The translations under genes and the position numbers were made by a program. Source: a virus. Taken from it: a stretch of 64,000 nt of DNA. A model generated the notes under the pieces. The model did not search any database and was not told the DNA's origin. It worked only from the letters and a program-made list of their open reading frames with translations. Below are positions 35,175 through 47,100 of this stretch, piece by piece. Every line of letters begins with the position of its first letter. Position 1 is the stretch's first letter. The stretch lies in IMG/VR virus record IMGVR_UViG_3300028423_001161, positions 16,668 through 80,667 of that record; one strand, written 5' to 3'.

Positions 35175-38100
35175 ATGGCAGATAAAAAGATCTACAAACG
35201 CTTACCGGCAGTACTACAAACAACAGCAATCAAGAATTTCTTTGAGAGCACAGTAGAACAACTGTTTAGCAAGAGCAATGTTGACAACATTCAAGGTTTT
35301 ATAGGCTCCCAGCGCAGTGAGGACGCCGGCGCATCAGGCACATATCTACCAGAGCCCAGCATAACCAAGAGGTTCTATGGTTTGTCGCCCACTGTGAACA
35401 CACTGAATCCCGACACTGGTGACAGCGAAAACTTGATTTACTATGACGAACTTGTTGATATACTCAAGACCTATGGTGTAGATGTTAGAGATCATAACAA
35501 AATTTTCTCAGAGAATTATAGCACATTCTTGCCGCCCATTGACATTGACAAGTTTGTAAACTACTCAGAATACTACTGGGCACCCAAAGGCCCCAGCACC
35601 ATAGTGGTTCAAGGAACTCTAGAACATCCCGTTGATGTTGACCGTGATGTGCTAGGACAAACACAGTTCACACCACCGGGTGGCGTGCCATTTCGCAATG
35701 GCATGATTGTGGAATTCGGCGGCGATTTTGTTATTCCCAACACACGCTTGGGTGTAGAGTACATTGTGGAAGGTGTAGGAGAAAGCATTTTCTTTGTGCC
35801 CAAGGCAGACAACTTCAGCACACGTTTCAGCACACCCGGCGAAGATCAGTTTGATCTTGGACTCGAAGACACAGATGACACTGTGGAAACAGTTCACAGT
35901 TCTGCAGACTACCTCAGCAATGTAGAGATACTCAGTGGCGGTGTAGGCTATGTAGAACCCAAGCTGTTTGTGTACGACAACCCTTTGGTCAGTGTCACAG
36001 ACAACAGCGGAGACAATATCAGTGCGCTCACACCATACTGGCAAGATGACCCTGCCAATGTGGATTTACGAACCACAGATCCCAGCACTGGTTTACAGAA
36101 TGCTAACCTCATAAGCCTTGCGAGCATTGTTGACTATGAGACTCAACAGGGCATTCTCACAGAGTATGACACCGTGAAAGCTCTCTATGACAACAGTGAA
36201 CTACGCACAGGTTCTGTGGCAGAGTTTGATCTTGGTGTGGATTCAGATCATAGCATCACAGATGTAGATATCACCAACAACAACAGCAGTGATCCCAAGC
36301 ATCTGTACAGTGGCCAAGTACGCTATGTGCTCTATGACAAGCTAGTAGAACATCAAGCAAACCTATCACTCACTGCCGAACAAGCCACCGGCAACAGCAC
36401 ACCACAGGTGTTTGAGACCAGCGAGTTTGTGCTTGACAGTGTCACAGACATCAAAGTTGGACAACAGATAACAGGTTTATTCAAGGGCATTGTAAAAAAC
36501 ATTACTCCTGCTAGCAGAATCATAGAGCTGGAAGAACCAGTGCCTGTGACAGTTGGCATGTTTTCTCAGGATAGTACTCTGAGATTTCAGGGTCGTGGTT
36601 TTTCAGCAGACCTGAGATTTGACGATGTGCACACTGTCACAGAAGGCTCTGTGGTTACCATACTTGAATCTCAGCGTAAACCAGGTGTGAATCCCAACAA
36701 CTTCAATGACTATTATGTGATCAATGCACTGCCTGGTTTTGACCAAGACGGTGGGCCGCCGTGGAGCGGCACAGACACGCAGGAAGTGTCAGACTACCTC
36801 TTACAACAACGCGGCGCAACCAACCGCAACGTGTGGAGTCGTGTAAACTTCTGGTATCATCGTCAAAACTTCGTAGATGCAGGCGACGAGTTGCCTCCTG
36901 TGAGTCAACGAGCCAAACGTCCTATCATTGAGTTTGATAGAAACTTGGAACTCTACAATCACGGCACAAACAGTCTAGGCTTTGTGAACACAGCATCCAC
37001 AGAGCTTACCTTGGATGATATCAACGGTCGTCCGTCGGGCTTTCTCATCGATGGCGTGCCCACCGAAAATGCCAGCTTTATTTTCCCAGAAGGCAAGGTT
37101 GAGGATATTAAGTATGTGTATACCACAACCACAGTGCAAGATGATGTGGAAATAACGTTCAGCGACCCAGCTAATCCAGATCCCAGCAACATTGAAATTG
37201 CTGTTGTGGGCAACGTCACGCTTGGCGGTTTTGCTGAAAACGGATATGTTGACAGCATTGAGATCATCGACCCTGGTGCCAACTATACCAGCAATGTGGA
37301 AGTGGTTATCTCTCACAGTGCAGGACGAGATGCACAAGCAACTGCTGTGGTAGATGGCAGCGGCAGTATCACAGAAATACTGCTGTTTGACAGGACTCCT
37401 GAATCTGTGAGCTATGACGGTGAGTATGTCAATGTGAGATTCAACGGCAGCCACGGCCTCAGCGACGGAGACACAGTAAATGTGATCGGCGCTGATCCCT
37501 CTGAGTACAACGGAACGTATCAGATCATTGTGACATCCAGCAACGAGTTTTTGTATTTGCCCAAAATTAGGCCTAGTGCCGACACAGCAAGCACATTGCC
37601 CACTGTGAAAACAGGCGGTCGCAGCTACTATGAAACTGGCCTTGTGAGAGTTACACGTCTCCCTGATCCTAATCTAAATCCCGAAGACGCTGTTGATGGC
37701 GATGAAAATTTTGTACCCTTGGAAGCACAACCAGGAGATATTGTGCAGGTCACTGGTGGCAGTGTGGCACTTGGACGTGAGTATGTTTTTGAAAGCACCG
37801 AGTGGAGTGTGGCACAGGAAAAAGTCACTGTGAACCAAGCGCCGCTGTTTAATCTCTATGACACCTCAGGTCGTTATCTAGGCGACAATGGTGTATATCC
37901 CAACAACAACTTTGCAGGTTCTAAGATATTTGGCTATGCAACCACAGCGCCAGACAGTGATTCTGTGCTGGGCACACAGCCAGACACAGAGCTAGGTTTT
38001 CCAGTGGTGTTCAAACAGTTCAAAGCCACCAGTGAAATTGTGTTTGAAAATTATTTGGATACCAGCAGTTACAGTTATAGGCCACTGGGAGCAGACAGTG

Positions 38101-41100
38101 ATCTTGATGTCACTGGCTACTACTATTACAAACTGTTAACCGAGCCCGTGGGTTATCACAGTGCATGGAAAGTGGTCGATGATCGCAGCACACAGAGAAT
38201 CTACACTGTTTACAACATCACACAGATCGAAGTAGATCAACAGCGTGTGAATTATTTTGTAGGCTGTTTGCCTGAGCTTGATAGCTCTGCGCCCAGCGGC
38301 TATGACATACGTGTGAGAGTCAACGGAGAAATACGCACAGACTACACCTATGGCACCACACAAAGCGGCTACATTGACTTTGAGAGCTTTGATCTGTCAG
38401 CTGGCGATCTACTGGAAATCGATGCCTATGGCGAGGAAGGCCTTTTTGACATCAACACAGCCAGCAAGTATGAATTGCCATTGGGTTGGAGTAGAAATCC
38501 CGAAAACCAAGACATATTGTATACTAGCGAACCAGAATTTCTGGAACATTTTCGCAGATATCTAAGTGATCAACCAGGCTTCCGGGGCGATGTGTTTGCC
38601 AACAACAACAGTTCTAGTATCCCGTTGAATCCGAGGCATGCTACCGAGATTGTAAACACCACACAAGACATCATGCTGGGTGCATTTCTCATTGACGATC
38701 AACCTCACAACTTGGTTGATGCACTGAGATTTACTGCATTGGAGTACAGCAAATACAAGAACCGGGTGCAAGCAGAAATTGATCGCTACAATCAACTCAA
38801 CAACATTGACAGTCTTGGTGTTGACGCAGTGCTAGAGCAGGTGCTGAGAAATGTGATCAGTTTCAAAGTGGGCAACGAAGTTTTCAATAGAACCTATGTG
38901 ATGCCGTTTGGTGACAACTATGAAGAAGAAACTTTCACAGTTGCACTAAATCAAACAGACTTTGTGTTGTCTACATCACTGGACTTTAATCAACTGGAAA
39001 ACACATTGTTGGTGTTTCACAATGGCAACTTGCTGAGAATTGACAACTGCTATGTGTTGTCAGATCATGCGCCTATTACTATCACAGTTCAAAATGAAGT
39101 GGGACTACAGCCCGGCGATACCATCACAGCACGTATCTACAACAGTGAGCGCGACAGTGCACAGTGCCCGCCAACGCCAAGCACCATGGGATTATTTCCA
39201 CTGTACATTCCTACTATACTGGTGGATGACAGCTATCAGACTCCGGTGGAAGTGATACTGGGTCACGACGGCAGTCGCACACCAATCAAAGGTGACAGCA
39301 GAGATCACATATTACTGGAATATGAGAAACGCATCTACAATGCTGCCAAGAAAGAATTCCGAGAAGCCAACAGTTTGCCAGAGTACAATCTAGCAAATGT
39401 GCGTGCAGGGGCATTCCGAGACACTGGATATGCATACACAGAGTTCTATGATCTAATGCGCAACAGCTTTTCGCGTTGGACTGTGGATAACACAGTGGAT
39501 GCAGTGACCAACGAATACTTTGACTTAGACAACGAATTCACCTGGAATTATGGTACACAGGCTCTTCCAGGACACTGGCGTGGTATCTATGAATACTACT
39601 ACGACACTGTGAGACCTCACACACATCCCTGGGAGATGCTGGGCTTCACAGAAGAGCCACTGTGGTGGGACACAGAGTATACCAGACAAGAAATCAATCA
39701 GCGAGATGAGGTGATTTCAATCTTGTCCTATGGCCCCGACAACACACGTCTGTGGCAGGATCTGGAACAGGGCATTATTCGGCAGGGTCCCAGAGAAAAC
39801 TTCTCCGACGGTAGATATTTACTTGATAATCCATATCGCAGGGTTGGCCTTAGTGAAATTATTCCTGTGGACAACAATGGCGAGTTGATATCTCCTTTCC
39901 GTTTGTTCAGCACAGGCACCACGCAGATATTAGAGCAGTGGCAAAATTCTGTGACTGGCAACAACGATCCTGACTATGCGTTCCGCACCAGCAGTTTTCA
40001 GCAAGTAAACAGCTTGAATGTGAGCTATGACACATCAGGCGGTATCAGCGGCAACGGCAATGTGTATGTGAGTACCACAGAAAACTCTGTGAGTATTCCG
40101 CGCAAAGACCTCAATGTGCTTGTTCGAGACGAATCGCCTATGCCCGATGACAAAATTGTTGCTGTGTTGGTAAATGGTGAACCAGTGTACGGCATCAAGT
40201 CGCCAGACAGCTGGAACAACCAAGATGTGTGGCACTACAATCTAGGCTACGATTACACCCTGCAAGACCAACTGAGGGTGATCACACCTCAGGTGTTAGG
40301 CATCAGCAACTGGGACAGTGAATCACACTCCCCCGTGGTGGGCTGGGCATCTGATGGCTTGCCTATCTACGGTCCATATGGCTATGAAGATCCCAGTGAT
40401 AGCAACAGCAGCATTGTTGCTATTCGCTCGCCTTGGGTGTTACGTGAAGCCAACAACAGGCAGATCAACCCCGGCGGTGCACACACTGGTGTTTTCATTG
40501 AAGATTACAAATATGATGCCACACTAAGCGGACAACCAGGTTATACAGGAAAACACAATCAGAGATACGGCGTAACACCTGACAGCCCCACACAGCCAAT
40601 CTACTACTATGTGCTCACTGTGGATGAAAATCTAGAACCTGCATTTCCCTATCATGTGGGCGGTGGCACCACAAATGTAGACCAATGGGCAAACAACTAT
40701 TTCAGCACAGCACCTCTCAGAGGACGTATCTCAGATGTGCTAGTGCAAGAGCAAGGTGCTCTCTATGATCCTGCAAACACCACTATTGCAATCACCGACA
40801 GCAATGGCAATGACACAGCAACAGCAAATGCTGTGATAGAGGATGGACACATTGTTGATGTGGTTGTCACAGATGCAGGCAGTGGTTACAGCGAAGCACA
40901 GGCCACAGTGGTTGATTCATCGGGATCGGGTGTGCGTGCCAAGCTGGATGTGGTGGTTAGCACCAGCGATAACAGCACAGGCAACAGTTTTGTAAACACA
41001 GATGCCACAGCCAGCATAGTCAGTGTGCTAGATACACAATTGGTCAGAGACGGCAATGAAATCAGCAACAACTGGAAGTTTGGCGATGTTGCACCTGCAG

Positions 41101-44100
41101 AGTATGCTTGGCGCAGCACTGAACAATATCCATTTGCTGTAGCAGAAGCACTGTTGCTGGCCAAGCCGGGCAGGTTTGCTAGAATATTCAGCGAGCCCAG
41201 CAAACTGCATAGACCAGACATCGACCGACGCATGCTGTTAAATCGAGACACCAACAAACGCTGGCAGTTCCTGGATCCTGCTCAGTTTTCTGTGCATGGC
41301 GACATTGACAACAACGGTAATTTTGTCACCAATGTGGGCTACACACAGTTTATCAACAGTTGGCTCAAGTTCCAGGGTCTTGACACAGATGTGGATTTTG
41401 TGCCCAAACTGAGAACACTCAACATGAAACTGTCTCATCGCATGAGTGGTTACATCGACAAAGACACACTCACTGTGAGAACAGATCAGTACAGCAATGA
41501 TGGTAATGCCACCAGCTTGATTGTGCCGCAGAAAAACATATCAGTGGCAGTTCACAGCTCGCCTAATAAAACGCGCAACTTCTACAGTGGTGTGCAGATA
41601 GAAAAAACTCTAGGCGGTTATCGTCTACGGGGCTATGACAGAAATCAAGGCTATTTCAGCATCTTGGAAAGCGACCAAACTGGTCCCAGGCAGAGAGTCA
41701 CTGTCGGCGGTGAGCCTGCCAGCTATGTGCCATGGGAGCCAAATCAAACCTATCGCAAAGATGCCATTGTTGAACGCCTAGGCAATTTTTATCAGGCCAA
41801 ACTCACAGTGAGCTCAGGCACAGAGTTTGACAAGTCACTGTGGACACGTTTGCCTAGTCTGCCACAAATTGGTGGTGCAACCAGCACGCTCTATCAGAGA
41901 ACCACAGGCCGCACACTGAGAGTAAACTACGAAACTGAATTTGACAGCATAGATCAAGTCTATGATTTCTTGATTAGCTTGGGTAGATATCAACAGAGAA
42001 GCGGCTATGACTTTGGCGACTACGATGAAGCAATTGCTGATGTCAGAGACTGGAGTTATGCTGCCAAGCAATTTTTGTTCTGGACCACAGGACAATGGGA
42101 AGTTGGCAACACTCTTGAACTATCTCCCTTGGCTCCGCGCGTTGCATTTTCAGTGCCCACAGGATTTATTTCCAAGATCAATAGGAGCGACAGAGAACAG
42201 TTCTCCGTTGTGAATGCTGCAGGGGCAGTGATTGATCCTCAGCAATGTGAAATTGTTCGACAAGATAATCGCATAGAGATTGCACCGCCAGCAGGTGATC
42301 AGATCTACGGTGTGCTGTTATACACCAAAGAAATCGAACATGCAATGACCTTAGACAATCTCACTGAGTTTGCTGATGTGATCTACAATCCGGTGATCAA
42401 TCAGAAACACTCGCGTCTCAAGGTCACAGGCACCCGAACCCGTAATTGGACAGGCAAATTGCTGTCTGAGGGTTTTGTGATTGACGAAGATGAACTCAAA
42501 CCCAACTTGGACAATCTTGCAGAGAGCCTTGGCAGATATCATGAGCTAGGTTTTATTCCTGTTGAAAAGCAGGTCTACGAACAGGCACGTGCACTGTTTG
42601 GCTACACAGACAGGGAGTACCTCAGAGAGCTTGACATCATAGATGATCAGCAGTTTGACTTCTACAAAGGCATGATACAGAGCAAAGGCACCGACAGCAG
42701 TCTCACTCGCATTGGTCGCAGCAAAACTGTAGCAGAAGGCAACATCTCTGTGTACAGTGAATGGGCACTGAGGGTTGCTGATTTCGGTGATACTGAGAGC
42801 GATCAAAGCCTCGAACTTCAAGTAAACAAATCAGACATTGTGCAGAATCCACAGTTGATCACACTGGCACTGCCCGAAGACATCACCAACAGTGTAGAGC
42901 GTATAGATGTGCTAGAAGCAAAATTTGTCTACACCAGCACACCCGAAATTGAGTTGCCGGCTCCGGCTGATCCAACTGGCACACAAGCTCTTGCCGCTGC
43001 CACACTAGACTCCACTGGCAAATTGAGTTCAATCACTGTAACTGAAGCAGGCAGTGGTTATGGTGCTAGCATTGGTGCAGACGTGATCGCTGCCAACGTG
43101 CTGGTGGACAGTGAAAGCACACGTTTTGTGGAAGTTGCAGCTACACCGCTTGCCAACAACATCATTGACTTTGATCAACCGGAAATTGTGTTTTCTGTGA
43201 CAGACAACATCAGTGGCGCAAACATTGACGCTGTAGTACCTGCCAACGGCAATGTGGTAATTGAGGATGTGCTCAGTGAAATCAACAGCAATGCACTAGT
43301 CAACAGTCATCTCACAATGCGTGCTTTTTCAAATCTCAACAACGGCAACGTGGTATACAATGTGAGACTAAGCGGCTCAGACTTTACAGTAACAGACGGC
43401 GCTAACATAGGTGTCGCCAATGGCAGCTATCAGCCCGTGCAGAAATACGCCATAGACACCGCAACCAACAGCGAACCTGAGATTGATATCAACGATGTTA
43501 CTGTGCTTGTCGACGGACAAGTGGTACCCAGTGCTCAAGGCAATGTTACAAACTGGACATTCTCGGCTTCTAACACAATCACAGTTACCAGTGATAGCGT
43601 TTATCCAGAGAATGCAAATGCCAATAGTTCGGCTTCATTTGCATTGGGAACAACTGTTACCAACATCGAAACTGACAGCAACGGCCGCTATAGGTATCTA
43701 GAACTTTACATCAACGGTGTGCGTGTTACAAATATTCGCAACGGATTGGGCGTAGATGCCAACACTGGCTTGCCGCTGTACAGTGGCACTGTGTATGAAA
43801 TTGTGGGCGGCAACACACTGCGTTTTCCAGACATCAATCTCATACCCAAACAAGCATTAGCAGAGCTCTATGATCCACCGTTGGAGCAGGCCATAGAATA
43901 CAATGAACAGCGTGAACTCTACTATGGTTTTAACAGCGACACAGAGTTCCGCTTGGTGGAAAAGGCCACTGTGGAGTTTGACAACAGCTATCAAGGCGAC
44001 CTGCCGGGCAAGACATTGAATATCCGTGTAACCAGCAAAGACCGTATTGCTGTGCGCACACAAACAGTGAGAAGTTTCGAAATAACACCAGATGCACAAG

Positions 44101-47100
44101 ATGATGATGTGTTGTTCATTGACATCGACAATGCAGACAAGTTTTTGAAACGTCCCAGCGATGTTGCAGACAAAGGCCTCTGGCCAACCATGTCGGCAGT
44201 TGATGCCAGTGGGGTCACAGATTCGCGTTATCCCACAATACGCAATTCTGGCTATGTCAATGCAAGCAATGTGAATTTTCAAGCCTATGACATAGGCAGT
44301 TTGCCTGATCTCTTCAGCGACGATGTGATTATCAAGCCTGACAGCGGAGACCTAATTCACATTGCGGTCAGCGAAAATCGAGACTGGAATGTGTATCGCA
44401 TGTCACAGGTAAACACCAATGAGAGTTTCTTGTTCCGCAACGAAGACGGTGATGTTAGCCTATACACAGATGTAAGCCTGTTTAACTTCTTGGACGGTAA
44501 TCAAATTGGCGAAGATAACACAGGCAGGTTCTTGGATTATGTGCTCACATTGAAAAATGCCAACATCAGTGATACTGTGGTTGTGTGGCGCAATGAGGAT
44601 ATTGTGCAGGCACAACAGTACGATCTCAGAGAGTTTGAGGCGCCCAGAATGGTTGAAGCACGTATCGCCAGCATTGGACCTGCAGATCTCACAGAAATCA
44701 CAGATCTCCAGCCCGCAACGTCACGCACACTGCAGAATCTTACACTAACACCGTTGGACAACACCAGCAACACAGTGTTGGTAACATCACCAGACTTAGG
44801 TGATCTCAGAGAAGGCGATGCTGTGCAGTTGATTGACAATGTGGGAATTTCCTATGTGTCAGAAGCCAAACACACAGTGGACACAGGCAACAACACAATC
44901 ACAATGAGTGCACAAACTGTGGAATCTATTAGTGTTGACAGCAACGGCGACGGCTATGATTTTGTGCCCAATGTAACTGTTGACACAGGCACTGCAGAAG
45001 GCAACACACAGGCAGTTGCAGTTGTAGCAGGCTCCATCGACAGTGTTGATATCTCAGGTACCTCAGATCACAGTGAAGCTGACGCTTATCTCACGGGCCC
45101 GGGCAACAATGCCGATATTCAAGTAGACATTGTTGACGGCAGTGTCACTGCAATCAACATCATAGACCCGGGTTCAGAGTACAACACAAGTGCTCTGCCC
45201 TCTGTGTCCATTGAATCGCCTGCAAACGGTGTTACTGCTAATGCAGAGGTTACTTCTGATGACATTGATGATACCACAGGCAGCTTGCTGAGAATCAGAG
45301 TAACAGACCCGGGTTCTGGATACACAGCAAGTCAAAGACCCAATGTAACCATCGATCCGTCGCCCACAGGCAACGACGCCACAGCATCAGCTGTGATCAC
45401 AGGCAACATTGCTGTTGATGTCATAGACGGCGGCAACGGTTATGTGGTTGGAGACAGCAATATTGAAGTCGTTGGCAATGGCACTTATGCTGATGCCTCA
45501 TTGAATATCACAGGAAGTGTGAATCAAGTGCTAGTGCAAAACACTGCAGTGGGTTACACCGGTGTGCCTGATGTGACCATTGAAGCACCTCTCAGTGGCA
45601 ACACAGCCACAGCAACCGCAGTGATGAACACTGGCGTTGACCGTATACAAGAAGCTGCAAACATCAGCTCAGACGGCAATGTGTATGTGTCACTGACAGG
45701 CAATGTGAGTTTTGTAACAGCAGGCAACAGCAATGCCGATCTTACGCAACGTGATCTAGACAATGTGCGTCAGGCAAGACTGATACTGGCTAACAGCTAT
45801 TTGGTTGAAAACCTTGATGCCAACACGGGCACATTTGAGCTTGCGGACACTGTGTTCTCAGATACTCAACCTTTGGGCGAGTTTGTGCTGTCTGCAAATG
45901 CCACAACCTCAGATAACAGCATTGTAATACAAGGTACTCCGGGTCTAGTTGACGGAGACGTGGTATTTTACAACAGCAACGTGCTGGGTAATATCTCCGG
46001 TGTCACAGTAACCAATACCACCACCACTATCAACATGGACAGCAATCTCACTGCCAATGTGTCTGCTGGCGAACAAGTGTCAATTGTAGGCGACAGTGTG
46101 TGGCAAGAAGGAGTCATTGACGTCACAGGATACACTGTGAAGATACGCAGACAGTTCGAGCCCTTGGCCAGCAATGCTACCTATCACACAGTGAACAATC
46201 TCACATTAAACAGCTTTACCATTGAAAGTGCAAATGTCACTGACTCAGTGAATGCAATTGGCGTGCATCTCAATCAGTCAGAAATCACAGTGAACAATCA
46301 CAATCAACAGGTTGGCGATTTTGTGAGGCTGGATACCAACACAGTGTCTGGTCGCTATCAGATTCAGCGAATTCAAGGCAACACCATGGTGATAGATGCA
46401 CCGTTCCGCAGTGGTTTCACTGAAGGAAACATCATTGGCAGAGGGGTAGAGATCAAAACCACAAACCCACACACCATTACATCTGTGTATGCTGCCAACA
46501 ACAAGCGTGTGGCAGTGCACTTTGCTGAACCATTGTATTACAACAAGGTTTATCCTATCAGTCGTGTCACACCAGACAGTTTGATTGTGGACGGGTTTTG
46601 GCCTCAAGACGACACAGAGCATGTGTTCTATGAAGAACGCTATGGCACAGTGAACAGTGCAGAACCTTTGTTTGTGCCAGGCGATGCTAACTCAGCAGTG
46701 AGTGCCAACGCACTGTCGGCCACTAATGTCATAGAACTCAGCCGCAACAGCAGACTCAATGACATGGTTGCACACTATAGCAGTAACAGTGCAGTGATCA
46801 GCAGCAAGCATGTAACTGTGTTTGATCTATTCACGGATTCCGCAGGCACGCCACTGAGTGCAGTTCAACTAGTAGACGAACAGTCAGCAGGCAATACAGT
46901 GAACTATGTAAACACTGTGGCGGTTGTTGACCCTGAGGCACTGCCTGACAACAATGTCAGTGTAGAAGTAATGGTCACACGCCAAATACTGAGGTCAGAC
47001 AATAGATATCCTGTGTTAACCACATTGGACCACAATCGCATGTTTGTGAATGGTTCTGCTATTGAGATTGACAGCTATAATAATCCTGAAGCTCTAACTG

